Shown here: piece after piece, positions 38,883-51,154 of the stretch
Numbering within the stretch: position 1 is the stretch's first letter
Layout of the letters: every line of letters starts with the position of its first letter
DNA from: Callorhinchus milii
Taxonomy: Eukaryota
Length of the DNA stretch: 52,785 nucleotides
NCBI RefSeq assembly: GCF_018977255.1
Contig: NW_024705344.1
Location: 1 to 52,785, forward strand
Reading direction: 5' to 3'
Notes under the pieces: generated by a model
Told to the model about the DNA's origin: nothing
Databases searched by the model: none
What the model saw: only the letters and a program-made list of their open reading frames with translations
Made by a program: the position numbers and the translations under genes

Positions 38883-39510
38883 GCGGCGAGTCACCCGAGG
38901 GGAGCGGCGAGTCACCCGAGGGGAGCGGCGTGTCACCCGAGGGGAGCGGCGTGTCACCCGAGGGGAGCGGCGAGTCACCCGAGGGGAGCGGCGTGTCACC
39001 CGAGGGGAGCGGCGTGTCGCCCGAGGGGGGCGGCGAGTCACCCGAGGGGAGCGGCGTGTCACCCGAGGGGAGCGGCGTGTCACCCGAGGGGAGCGGTGTG
39101 TCGCCCGAGGGGGGCGGCGAGTCACCCGAGGGGAGCGGCGTGTCGCCCGAGGGGAGCGGCGTGTCACCCGAGGGGGGCGGCGTGTCGCCCGAGGGGGCGG
39201 CGTGTCACCCGAGGGGAGCGGCGTGTCGCCCGAGGGGGGCGGCGTGTCACCCGAGGGGAGCGGCGTGTCGCCCGAGGGGAGCGGCGTGTCGCCCGAGGGG
39301 AGCGGCGTGTCGCCCGAGGGGGGCGGCGTGTCGCCCGAGGGGGGCGGCGAGTCGCCCGAGGGGGGCGGCGTGTCACCCGAGGGGGGCGGCGTGTCGCCCG
39401 AGGGGAGCGGCGTGTCGCCCGAGGGGAGCGGCGTGTCGCCGGAGGGGAGCGGCGTGTCACCCGAGGGGAGCGGCGTGTCGCCCGAGGGGAGCGGCGTGTC
39501 ACCCAAGGGG
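38883..39510. repeat. 21-bp GC-rich minisatellite, ~30 copies
   Basis: Unit GCGGCG(T/A)GTC(A/G)CCCGAGGGG(A/G); one 20-bp unit near 39195. Confidence 0.97.
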
Positions 39511-39961
39511 TGCAGGTCGCGACACTGGGACGGCGAGTGTCACTCACTCCACTCCCGTCCGTCTCCTTCAGAGCAGCCCAGCGTGTTATTTCAGACTTGT
39601 GACGGCATTGTTTGTTAACAGCAATTATCCACGCTCGATCAATTACAGTACTCGCAGGACGAGGACAAAGATATGGGTGAATGCCATAATTGATTTAGAC
39701 CCCAAAGGTTGTTTTCAAGGTCGCAAATGACAAGTGGGATCAGAATGGGTATTTTCTGAAATTCACAGATTCACATCTATTTCACAATACCTTTTAGATT
39801 CAGTACCCTTAATGCTGTAACTGTATGACTACTTAGATGTACATACTATGTGCTATATCACCATAGCAGACAAAATGCTATCACCTCTGGACCGCCCAGT
39901 AAACGAAGCTGCTACCCAGAACGTGCCATATCCAGAAGGCTCGCTTGGCCGAGAACCTGTT

Positions 39962-40140
39962 CAGCACGGTGGCGAGATGTTAACTAACTCACCTGGTATA
40001 CAGGAGGTCGTGGGTTTGATCCCGACTCTGAAGCCTTTATATTTGGAGTTTGCGTCTCTCTCCTTGTCGTCATGTGGATTTTTCTCCGAGTCTTCTGGTT
40101 TTTCCCTCTACATGTAGAATCAACATGCATTTAGGATATT
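39962..40140 (+). mobile_element. V-SINE-like element
   Basis: tRNA-like head cagcacggtggc...GGGTTTGATCCC, then TGGAGTTTGC..TCTCC..GTGGATTTTCTCCG (V-domain-like). Confidence 0.7.
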
Positions 40141-40259
40141 TGCCTGCTATAAATTTACACATGATAAGCCACTTCGTGGAACTATCATTTGTGGCCAGGT
40201 AGGTTCACTATATTTTTATATTCATTACTTTGAATGGTAAAATTAAAATAGTAGTTAAT

Positions 40260-40685
40260 AACTCCCGTGCACCAACAGGCTGAGACAACTTCACACATTG
40301 GTGGCTGTGGGAAGAGATCATGCTTAAAAATACTCCAGACACAACCCTTTTTGGGGAACTGGTCATGATGGAGCTCTCGATGAAGAGGAGTTTGTGCGTC
40401 CTGTGATGTGAATTTCTGAAGCACCATCTAAGAAGCGTGCAGCTCTTTAGCAATGCCAAGAGAGGTCCAGAGATGTTACTTCCAGCAAAAGATGCCCTGC
40501 AACTTCACCCTGCACATGCCAACTACCAGGCATCGATATGGATACGGGCCAACCAAGCGCGGATAGAGGACATATCTGCTGTCGTCACTGCTGTCTGGAA
40601 GAGGGAGTCCGAAAACAGATTCCTTGTAATATTTGGTCGTGTTCAGGCAAATACCTCTTAGGAATGAGCTTAGTTTGCATTGAAG
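40260..40685 (+). pseudogene. Decayed transposase fragment, Academ (XPG-domain type)-like
   Basis: Translates to APTG*D..HIGGCGKRSCLK (H3TH-like TGCD..GK), EEFV, and LLPAKDALQLH..ANYQASIW, with stops and frameshifts. The family assignment is from memory of the motifs. Confidence 0.6.
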
Positions 40686-41384
40686 AGCCATGTGATGGGA
40701 GCAGGACTAGTGTAAGGATGGTGACCGGATCGCTTGGAGACAGGGCTGGGAAGCAGACAATGTCTCGTCACTGAGAAGTCGTTTGACTTTAGTCTGCACC
40801 TGGTCAGCCACTGCAGGTCCTCAGGTACAATTGCACCATCTTTGCAACAACTGCGGGATCCAGCAGAAGGGCGCAATGACACTGCCTGCTATGAGCTCTT
40901 GACCTTGACTGCAATGGTAGTTGTTGCAGCCTTACTGTTGAATGGAGAACAGTGCTCTGACTGTGATTGAAAGTGAATTGTGTAAAGGGCTACATTAACA
41001 GATCCACACGAGCCAACTGGCACTGTGATGGAATGTGTTTCCCTATCTGAAGGTTATTAGTCACAACCCCAGTCATTATCCCTGCAAGGTTGAAGAGTGG
41101 CATGCGTGTTAGAATTCAAACAGTATGACTTCCACCACAGGAATGTGGAATTTCCTTCGTGAGCTCATGGCCACCAAGGAGAATATATTGCACTGCCCAT
41201 CGCTTACGGGAGCTGCAGGGCACACAGCAAGCGTGTAACGGACAACTGTCCAGTTGTCCGTGGGCAACCAGCAGCCCTGAAGCTGCATGCGATGGCTTTT
41301 TGGCTTCCTCTTTGCGACTCTTTGGCTGCCCCCTTCCGGGCAGTCGTTTAAAAAATATTATAATTCAATCTTAAACATGATTTA

Positions 41385-42972
41385 ACATACTCTTTGGTCC
41401 TTTCAGTAAAGTCACGTAGGTAGAAAATTTTAATAATAAATAATATATCACGACGTTTCGCAGCACAAGCGATCGTCCTAAGGCAGAAAAAATTATCCAG
41501 GAGTAGAACTGCTGAACCAAGAAGAACACAGTGAGAGAGCTGCTACAACAAGAGGTTATATATGTTGGCCAAGGGAACGCAGGCGGGGTCCAAGCTGGAA
41601 AGGAGTCCCATCCCCGCACGCAAGCACATCAGTTGTGTTAATGGGAGAAAGATTAGGGAGAGAGATTAGCATGTCAAAGTAAATGAGCTTCCGTCGCCGC
41701 ATAAGAGCACCGTCGCCGCATATGCGCACAGCAGCAGTGTTAATGGGAGATTAGCACTATGTTAATGAGGAATATTATACAGAGAGATTAGGGAGATTGG
41801 CAAGTTAATGTCATGTCTATGTGTAACACAAGCTGCAGTGCTGCCAACTAAGCTGTGAGAGGCAAGCGTAAGAGAATCACCGCAACGGTGGTCGCACCAG
41901 TAAGACACACAGCCCATCACACACACAGAACCATCGATACATCAAGGCTAAGGGAGCAGAGGTGGCCATGTTAGTGAGACCCCAGCCCGTTTATGCAGAG
42001 GCACAAAAAAAGGGCAATGCAACTCAGAGAGTCGGAGATAACAGCCAAAGGGCAGGAAGGATGGAAGCACCACAGCAAGTTACGACTTTGCTTGGTTAAT
42101 AACGTCCTTCCAACAATTGCTCAGCTTATACCCATCTTCTCGGTTGAAATTGTCTCTGTGTTTATATATCTGGATGGCTTCATGGACAAATCTTTGATGG
42201 TAGCCCGAAGGTTTGCAGAGTACCTTGGTCTCGGAAAAAACAATATCGTGCGAGCCGACTGCTTTATAACAATGATCAGCCACGGCAGAGGTATTGGTTC
42301 TGCCATGTTTCAAATCTGCCTTGTGTTCGCGAACACGGTCTGAGATATATCGTTTCGTTTCCCCAATGTAACTGCTGCCGCAGACACAACTTAGTTTGTA
42401 GACACCAGGGTATTGCATGTCAGGAATGACATCCTTCACAGATGGGATCAAATCACGGATTTTGTGTACTGTATTGAATCGGACCTGGATCTTGTGTTTG
42501 TTTAAGATTTTGGAAATATTTTTGGTAACACCTGCTATGTATGGCAAGGTGATGGTTTTGATTGGGTACTCAGATGGTTGTCTCCCCATGGTTGGGGATA
42601 CAGCTTTGCGGATTGTGCGGTCTGAGTATCCATTCATCTTGAGGGCTTGGAGTATGTGCTCCAGTTCGCTGGCTAGGTGGCGCTGGTCGGAGATGCAATG
42701 GGCCCTATGGTGTAGCGTTTTGATGAGGGAATTCTTCTGAGCCGGATGGTGGTGGGAATCAGGCTTTAAATAGGAATCCGTGTGGGTGGCTTTCCTGGAG
42801 ACAGAATGTCCCAACGATCCATCAGGCCTCTTCTCGATCAAAACATCCAGGAATGATAGCTTGCCATCATTTTCCACTTCCATGGTGAATTTGATGGATG
42901 GGTGTATGGAATTGATGTGACTGAGAAATTGGTTCAGTGCTGGCTGGCCATGTGGCCAGATGACGAAGGTTT
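41385..42972 (-). mobile_element. 5'-truncated Penelope-like element with ~700-bp 3' UTR/pLTR
   Basis: ORF 42080-42972, then UTR, a degenerate hammerhead (~41449-41483) and the ctacgtgactttactgaaaggaccaaaga end motif. Confidence 0.9.
42080..42972 (-). pseudogene. PLE RT C-terminal half + GIY-YIG, uninterrupted ~297 codons but 5'-truncated
   Basis: TFVIWPHG, LSFLDVLI, RKATHTD, LPYIAG, GVYKLSCVCGSSYIGETKR..RVREH, EAIQI, FNREDG. The listed MKLKTE start comes from the neighbouring LINE tail. Confidence 0.93.
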
Positions 42973-44400
42973 CAGTTTTCAGTTTCATTTATTAGGTATA
43001 ACCCTGTGAGCCATGCGGCTCTTGACTCAGGTGCAACCGCAACAAACAAAAACATGAACAAGAAACATATTAAAGTGACTACACACAACAGAAAAAATTA
43101 ACCCGTAAAAACAAAGTTTTTCACTATAAATCCTTTATATGCGTGGCGGCTAGAGTCCTCTCGTCCTCTGGCTTGAGATGGCTGCCACCTATGGGTCAGA
43201 TGATTGCCTGCCACCATTAAGCAATTGGTAATTAAATATAATTAATTTTTTCCTAAAAAGTTTAAAATTTTGGAGAGAAAAAATTCACTAAAATAAATTG
43301 TCACGCACAACGAGTCTGTGTGCAAAATGTCAGCTCGATTGGATCACGGGAAGTAGGTTAAAAAACGATCGAAGGATTTGCACGGTCGTAAGCGCGCAAG
43401 CAAGCAAGTGAACTTAATATAAAGGATTTAAAAATCCAGGAAAAAACAGCAAAGTCTTCCAGAAAAAAACACCCTATTTCAACGCTTTGTGCAAAAATCC
43501 CCGTGGGATGCAAGTCAAACAATAACAACCATAAAACAATTTAGATTAAAGTTATCAGGCGAACTCTGTACTACAACAAACAAACATGGCTAACAAAAAC
43601 TTTTCAAAATCACCTGAATAAAGCTATAAAAACAATGTAACAGCGATCATAGGAACTGTGATACAAATTTAACAATAAACAATATACATAACATGTACGA
43701 CCAAACTTTGCAGCCATAGCTTGCTGCATGAGTCACTCCATAACAGCACGAGTATCAGTAGCAGTATCAAAAATGTTCAATACACCTTTAAAGATCAACA
43801 AACTATAATAAAAACTCAAGATCATACAATGGAAAAGGCCCTTCCTCCAGTATTTGTACGGCAATAAGGAATGTGAAGCTGGTAAATGAGCGAAGACCTT
43901 AGGTCACATTTGTTCTTCGAAACAGTGAAGATATCCAGCAGGTAGTCTGCTGATTTTTTGTAAGTACATCGTGAATAAATAAGATCTGATGCACAAGCCG
44001 TCGATCATTAAGAAAAGTTAAGCTTGACCCAATGTAGAGAACGCAGTGGTGGGTCCTATATGGGCAGTTCAATGCAAATCTTAAGGCCGAGTGATAAATT
44101 GAGTCAAGCTTCTTCAGTATAGTACTGGGGCTGATTTATATACGATGTCACAGTAATCAAGTAGAGGCAGTATGGTAGCTTTTAATAATTCCAAGTGGAA
44201 CATAGGGGGCAAGCATGTTGTATTTTTACCAATATAACCAATGTGATCTTGAAAATCCATGTTTTTCATCAAAGATGACCCAAGATACTTATAGATCTTG
44301 ACTTGCTCTATTTGATGATTATTTAAGGAATATAATTGGGGAAAAATAACTTCCTGCTTTAGTCCTTGTGAGAAGCATAGCACCTTGGTGCTATGCTTCT
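42970..44400 (-). mobile_element. L2-like LINE 3' remnant
   Basis: IEQVKIYKYLG, ILPLLDYCDIVY and (next frame) LKKLDSIYHSALRF..THHCVLY. The 3' end has AATAAA + (GAAACT)n-like tail at 42970-42993. Confidence 0.8.
43093..43434 (-). mobile_element. Helentron-associated (HINE/DINE-1-like) non-autonomous element
   Basis: 14-bp asymmetric inverted repeats TAAATCCTTTATAT (43127-43140) / ATATAAAGGATTTA (43417-43430); (CAAG)n next to one end; a small hairpin aaaaac-aaa-gttttt outside the other; A/T runs at both borders. Confidence 0.65.
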
Positions 44401-44439
44401 CACAATCGATCTTCTTTCCTCGGTCGCTTCGGGGTGGAT

Positions 44440-44795
44440 TCATTGTCATGCTAATTTCTCTGCTCCAGCAGCTGCCCCAGCAGAACCACCTCTCTCTCTC
44501 TGCCACCCCTTCCCCCTCTCTATTTAAGGCCTCGACACAGAGGCATTGGGTCTCTGTGTGTTTATCTTGTGTGTCTCTCTCGGTGTCTGTGTTGTCTCTC
44601 TCCGCTTGTGTGTCTGTCTGTGTGTCTCCGTGTCTATTTTTGTCTCTCTCAAAAATTTAGTTCTACCTGATGACGGTTGCTTGTGTTGCAATCGAAACGT
44701 CGTACTCTATTATTTAATTTATTTTCTTTCTATGACTTTACCGAAGGAACCAAAGAATAATTCCTGCAGTCACGAAAGCTTCAAATCAAGTTTAA
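44440..44795 (+). mobile_element. PLE pLTR without ORF
   Basis: TATTTAA, (TG/TC)n tract, hammerhead, then atgactttaccgaaggaaccaaagaat..ttcctgcagtcacgaaagctt. Confidence 0.8.
44664..44704 (+). ncRNA. Minimal hammerhead ribozyme
   Basis: CTGATGA 44667-44673; stem II GGTTGC/GCAATC; GAAA 44694-44697; CGTC; short stem I TAC/GTA. Confidence 0.8.
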
Positions 44796-45224
44796 GTCAG
44801 TATTCTTCACTAATTTTCAGAGGAGGGCCACTTTCACCGTTTGGGCCGCCACACATTTGTAACCATTGGGGTTTGACAGCACGACGATGGGAAGTGTTTT
44901 CATATTCGTGTATTGTCGGAGGCCACACGTCAGGGCAGCACTCACGGCCACCAGAGGTCGCCATTGGCCTTCGGGCCTTGCAATGAAATTACTGTGTTAA
45001 GTGAATCGTGCTGTGTGTAACAGTTGGGTTATCATATATTTGTTCTGGTGTACTATGTAAACATGACCAATCCAGTAAACTCCATAAAATCACAAACTTG
45101 ATTCTCATAACAAGCTTCTTCACTCCATTGCTTTGCATTAGCATCTGCCGTCCATAAACGTGCCAATTTTTAGTCATGTCATGTTTACCATAAACAATAC
45201 CTGATTTTCACGTTAAATATATTT

Positions 45225-45405
45225 TGGGCCAGCCCAAGACACATTTGCGGGACTATGTCGCTCAGCTGGCATGGAAACACCTGAGAATTCCCCAGGAAAA
45301 GCTGGAGTCTGGTCACCAGGGAAAGGGAGGTCTTGACCGCCCAACTCAACATGCTGCCGCTGTGAACCTCACCAGGACAAGCGGACTGAAAAACGAAAGA
45401 ACGAT
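45225..45405 (+). mobile_element. RTE (Expander/Rex3-like) LINE 3' end
   Basis: GQPKTHLRDYVAQLAWKHLRIPQEKLE resembles the Expander C-terminus GRPRTRWRDYVSRLAWERLGIP. It is followed by GGACAAGCGG and a purine-rich tail. Confidence 0.75.
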
Positions 45406-46499
45406 TTTTTTAAATGATATATATACGTGGAGATTTTATACAGATTTGTATCAGCCTCGATTGGTGATTCAGCTCACATTAGACTAGATTGTTATTTTAA
45501 ACGTACTTATTCATTAAAGTAAAGCTCAAAATAATTACCCGTGGCTATTTATCACTAATTTTCCAAAGGAGAATATTTCCACACCAAAGCTGGTTAGGAA
45601 ATCCGGTAAACTTCTGCGGCCAATTACATTTTCAGCTTCAGGGTGATGCATCTGTATCGTCAGATGAAGCACTGCCACTACATCAACTCGACAGCCCAAG
45701 CCTCAGGTATATTTTACTCCTACGACAGCAATCAATGGAATGTGAATTTATGTCGTAGTTAACGGGGGGGGGGGGGGCACAATGGCTTCACCATCACGGC
45801 ATCTATCAGCTTCTTCTAGTCTGTAGCCACCTGTGTTAAATCGATTGTAGTTCATGTGTGCAAAAGAAAGGGTGTCACATAAAATACCTATATATTTACT
45901 GCACATTTTTGTTTAACCAATAATTATGTTAATGGGTAATATTTAAGCGGTAATAAATTAATGTAAGACCAATTCAAGTTGTAAATTATTTAACCAGGTG
46001 AGAATTTCAAAGACCGGGATAGAGTTTCATTTTCAAGAGGGAACTGGGTCAGCAAAACAACAAAGGCAAAAAGAAATCAAGTACAGCAAGATAGAAAACA
46101 TAAATCAGAGCAAAAACAACGGTCTCAAATGAGGAATCCAAAATATTGTATAAGCATAAAGGTATATCAATATGAAATAACAAATTAACTAAAGCGTAAG
46201 TCGATTCAGGCCAGATAAGTTTTAGACTGATCACGGTCAACTACAATTAAGTTACAGAAACATTAACCAGATATAGGGTGACTATTGTACTAACATACAA
46301 CCAGTCAAAGATATGTATTATGAATGGCATTAGGTAATCACATAGAACAGAATCTTCAAGCAGTATTGCTAGAGCCGTAACACAAGTGCCTACTTAACAC
46401 GTAATAATAAATAAAGGTTTTTTTGGGTTAGCTCACGGAAATATACCTCTGCCGTGGTGTGCTGGAGAGTAAACCAGCTTCATGAGATGATTTATCAGA

Positions 46500-46680
46500 A
46501 TTCTGGCAAATCGCCTGATGATGCTAGCTGTAATCAGCAGCGAAACGTCGTACTCAAATTGTAACTAATTGGCACGTTTTGTTTACATGAAAACCTTACT
46601 AATTGCCTTGTCGGCTGGTGGTGGGTTAACGACACATTTATTTACGCGATCTCACGCAAAAAAATCTCTATTATGGGCTC
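46500..46680 (+). mobile_element. pLTR fragment of second PLE family
   Basis: Hammerhead followed by ggtggtgggttaacgacacatttatttacgcgatc...ctctattatgg, homologous to 51057-51125. Confidence 0.65.
46512..46552 (+). ncRNA. Minimal hammerhead ribozyme of a second PLE family
   Basis: CTGATGA 46515-46521; stem II GCT(A)GCTG-taat-CAGCAGC; GAAA 46542-46545; CGTC; weak stem I. Confidence 0.75.
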
Positions 46681-49254
46681 GAGCCTACTTTGGGGCCCAC
46701 CACCTCCACCTGCCTCACACACAAGGAGAGAACCATAACTGCCGCCCCACACACTCGGCCTAATCAATCACAATCCTGGCTACCTCCAAAACAAACACAA
46801 TCCCACGAACATTCGCCCTTGGCCACCAAACACACGTTCACCCATAATTGGACTCGCCACATTGTACTCGGCCTGAAATGCCCCAGAATGCATCCTCACC
46901 ATTACTCGGAAATGTTCCCAAAAACACATTCTTATAGTGCACGGTATAAATTCATAATCAGGATCTACCGATTGTCAGCCCTCGGAAATAGTTTTCATGT
47001 AGACATGCGAGTTAGCCTCCTGGTACGACTCGATGCACATGGCACACGCGGCAGCCATGCCACGGCTCACCCCGCCGCTGAGCCCTTGATCCGCGCTGAG
47101 CCCATGTGCAACACAACGCTTTCTCTAACACACTTGCACATGCACGGGAGTGCATTCCTGTGTAATGACACACGATCTGCAGCCAGCACACATGAAATTA
47201 CAGCACAGTGCATCGAATGTCATGCTGCAGACATTGGTCAGGCTGCAGCAGCATAAGCAGCGGCCAATGTGAAGTAATACATTCACAGCCCGATTGTCAT
47301 TCCACTGCTAGATGAAATCGTCCCGTGTCAGTTTTGGCAGATATGTTTGAATATTCTTCACAACGCCCCACCATGCCCATTGATGAAGGGGGTGGGGTTG
47401 AGGCTCGTTCAGATATCGCTAGAAACTGACGTTAGATATGGCCTAGAATCAAACTCAGGCCGTTGGGTCGAGATTAACATCCTGCCGATCACGGAGCACT
47501 CTGCAGGGTGGTTGTGCATCACTTTCAATAAACTCGGCCCATCGGAAGCAAATGTGATTTTAGTTCTCAGTGTATATCACAGGGTCTAATAAAGCAAATG
47601 TGGGTTGTCATTTGTTTTAAGGTAAAAAATGTGGCAATGTGCAGAATAATAGAGCATACAAATATTAACACTGTAAAAGATAATTACAAAATGTCTGTAA
47701 TCATTATACTGTATAAATACATTAGCATATACTATTAATATTGCTTCATCAATGAGAATATAACTTAAGAGATCAATCATAGAATGACATCCAGGAGAAA
47801 TGTTCTCAAAATAGCCTTGCAGAATTGAAAGCCAGCCAGCACCCTTCTACACATCCAGGGCCGTCAACAATCTGTATATCTATAATTCACAAGTATCCAT
47901 CCCTCGGTCATGCTCCGTTATCTCCCACACAGTACGTCGCAGGAGGACGTGAACGAAACAAAAAATCTTCCTCTTGCCGAGGATATTCCTGTAAAATTTT
48001 ACGTTTTCTGAATTTCCACCATTTTGACCCCCAATTTCAACAAATCTCCTCAGAACATCCAATACACCAGCATATATAAATGATGGTGCCATTGGAATGC
48101 GCCTTGCACTACATTGCGCAAACCAGATGCAATGATTATTGGGTGCTTGCAAATAGGCCAGCGGGTGTCATTGGGAAACAACTAACACCTTCAATTTCAG
48201 ATGTCTGCGTAACACGTCAGATTGAATATGCAGCTGTGCAAGGTATTTGGTGGCAATAACGGAGAACGTAGCAAAGGTATGTATTTCTCTCTTTCCTGAT
48301 CAGGCCATCAAACATGTAACATTCACTGTGAACGACTTCACAACAAAAATGCTCCTCATGGCTTACTTGGTTAAGTGCATCCCACGCATTACACTCATCG
48401 TCTGCTAAGTGATGTGAACACAACAAAGTGAGGGAGAGCGAATTTTCCGGTTAAAATGTTCACACCAAACTACATTTCTCAGATAATGGTAATGATGAGA
48501 AATTCTTCACTTATGGCCCATTTGAACTGGAGTTCACAAAATCAAATCACTTGCATATCAATTAAGTTATATCCTGCACTGGTCAAATTTTTTTTATCCA
48601 AAATAGTGACCTTTATAAGCAATAAACAGCACATACAAAGGCATTCTCGCCACTGATCTATAACAAAATCAATGAATTAACCAATAGACATCAAATGTCC
48701 TGCCCTTGAATTTCACTGCTCATGGAAGGGGACCAGATGTCATAAAAGATTAAATTTGCCCATTGAAGCCTGGTGGCTCAGGTGGCAATGTCCTGTGTAA
48801 GCATTGTATTCTTTAAGCCAAATGACATCCCGTTGTGGGATCTATTTGACATGGGAATACGATATAACAAACACAAATACATAACATGTAGCCGAGCATG
48901 TGGCAGTGCAAACATTTGTGAGTGAAATACACAATTTTGTGGCATACAAGAAATAACAGCAATATAAATAAAAATGCTCACGAATATGATCACTATGCTT
49001 CTGATATACACATCTGGGGGAAGAAGCGGCATTACAGTGCCACAGTGGTTAGCACACTGGACCATGAACCAGGCCACCTGGGTTTGATTCTGGACTATGA
49101 CTAACATGAGTGACAAGTGATATCCGAACCAGTCCTGCACTGAGCAGTGTGATGAAATATGGTCATCCAGAAAAGGATTGACATAAGGTTGTAAGTTGGG
49201 ATGATTATTATTATAATTATTATAATTCAGAGAGGACAGCCTCCCTGCTCAAGG

Positions 49255-49490
49255 TAGCAATAGGGCTACAGTCATATCCGTAGGCGGCACCTGATACAGA
49301 AATCTGAATTCCGCATCCCCATGGCAGAGGCAGTCTCCCCATAGATTGAACACTGTTCACTTCCCCAATGCTCATGTCACTCGCCCGGGAGGGATGATGG
49401 ATCGAGTCAACTCCCAACAAGTATTTGGTCTCACAGCTTGCGAGGTGTGAGTTGAGCTCTCCAAGCACAGGCGCGCACTCAGCCGGATTT
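49255..49490 (-). mobile_element. Decayed MetaSINE-like SINE
   Basis: gaattccgcatccccatgg and gggatgatggatcgagtcaac are similar to 27625-27932. Confidence 0.5.
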
Positions 49491-51056
49491 TGTCACGCGA
49501 CTAAAAACAACCACATCGGAGGAGAGGGGCGAGTGCGTTTCGTATGTGTTGTCAATAAATAATACAATGCATCATATCCATGCGAAGACAGAGTCACAAA
49601 ACAACCCAGAACTAATGAGATCTGCTCATGTGGTTGCCTGTCTACCTACCAATGATTGATTTAATAGTCCGGCGAATAATTTAGATGGACAGCAGATGCA
49701 ATTTCATTCAAGGAAATTGAGATCATATAGAGCCGTATTAATGGTGTGGGTGCGACAGACCTGAGTTACTTCTCACACCGCATTGATTAGCTTGTGTAAT
49801 GAGAAACCGGAGAGCGATAATAACAATCCTGACTCTCTACAAAGGCAGGACCAGGTTTCAAAGGGGTCCCTGTGTAAAAATGTCATATTTTTTTTACAAG
49901 ATAAATTTGTGCGCGTATGGGGGAGATTAAATATCGACGCCAGAAAGGGAAACGCTCCAACTCTAGCTCTGAAGCTCACTTCACTGCCCTCTTCAGGTAA
50001 GCAATTACCTAAGCATGTGGGTGTCCTATGCAACGGCTCGCAGCACTGCAAGATCGACAGCAATCGGGTCCCTATCAGCAGCCGAGGCGGTTTGTTATCA
50101 TGCGCCTTGTGCAGTCCCATAAAGACGGACTCGTGGCGATTCCACGCTGGCTACGAGTGACCGCGATGAAAGGATGTGATTGAGGGCATCTGATCTGCAA
50201 AATGTATGTCTTTCCTGAGGCAGATATGAAAAACAATCAATTGTGGTGAGAATTTCAACGTGCAAATTGCATTGTAAATGAGTCATCGTCCCCCTTCCAT
50301 CGTGCCCATAGTCAGGTCCCTTTACAATTCACCAGTGTCAGTGGTGCAGGCATCATGACTATAAGAGGTGTGAAGAGCGTTTGCCCGAACGTCATTCGTG
50401 CTATCGGGGATAATTCGGCAAAATTAATTGATAAAACAAAACGCACCACAACGAGGTTCATAGGCAATACATAGTCACAGATGTGAGAGCATCAACTGGC
50501 CTCTCTTGAGAGCCTCAACTACGAGGTACCGTTGCGTGTCCAAATTGAAAGCAGCAATGCTGGATGATACAGACGTGGCGAATACTGCAATGCAATCAAG
50601 ATCAATAAAGATCCATCAAGATCAAGAGGGAATCTACGGTCAAGAAAGCCACCGATACTGCCACATCTCCCCATCACTGCCTTCCTTCTGCCAGATGTCA
50701 CTGTTGCATATCTGAAGCAGCCTCCCAGAGGTGTGCTCCTGCAGTGCCTCCTCACATCTGGCTCAGGGTCTGCCCCCTCGCTCGCCACTGCAACGCCCGC
50801 CTCGGTCACCTGCGCTACCCCACCCTGAACACGGGCCACCCATTGCAACGTCCTCCTCCTAAAATACGCCTCCACGTCGCTGAAGTCTATTTGTAACATT
50901 TTTACGAGGCCATTTCTCTGGCACAATGTGATGCACTGCCTGCCGTGAAAGTTCCGAATGAAAGTGTCTTTGTCTGGTGATTAGACATGGCAAGCACAAC
51001 TGGAATATCACAGAGGATAAATAAAATAAATAATAATAGTTAGCTGATCCACTTTG

Positions 51057-51154
51057 GTGGTGGCGGGTTTTAACGACACATTTATATCTTTACGCGATCC
51101 AACCCAAAAACCTCTATTATGGATGATATTGGTCGCGAAAGCCTCCGTGTTAAA
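51057..51154 (+). mobile_element. 98-bp PLE 3'-end insertion with 13-bp TSD
   Basis: CTGATCCACTTTG at 51044-51056 and 51155-51167. The insert contains CGCGATC..ATG..GGTCGCG-AAAGCC. Confidence 0.8.

Noticed and set aside
32885..39510. Tandem arrays as CRISPR
   Set aside because: No unique spacers, no cas genes, eukaryotic context.
38660..39730. 356-, 267- and 240-aa repetitive ORFs
   Set aside because: Explained by a stop-free 21-bp minisatellite; a 20-bp unit shifts the frame; no splice or coding evidence.
41370..44810. A single PLE insertion spanning 41385-44795 with inverted pLTRs
   Set aside because: No matching TSD found, and the sequences upstream of the two hammerheads differ.
45763..45778. 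Poly-G run
   Set aside because: Simple homopolymer with no further structure.
50519..50926. Possible host exon (135-aa ORF, GC-rich)
   Set aside because: No recognisable protein in the frames I translated and no consistent splice-site pair.
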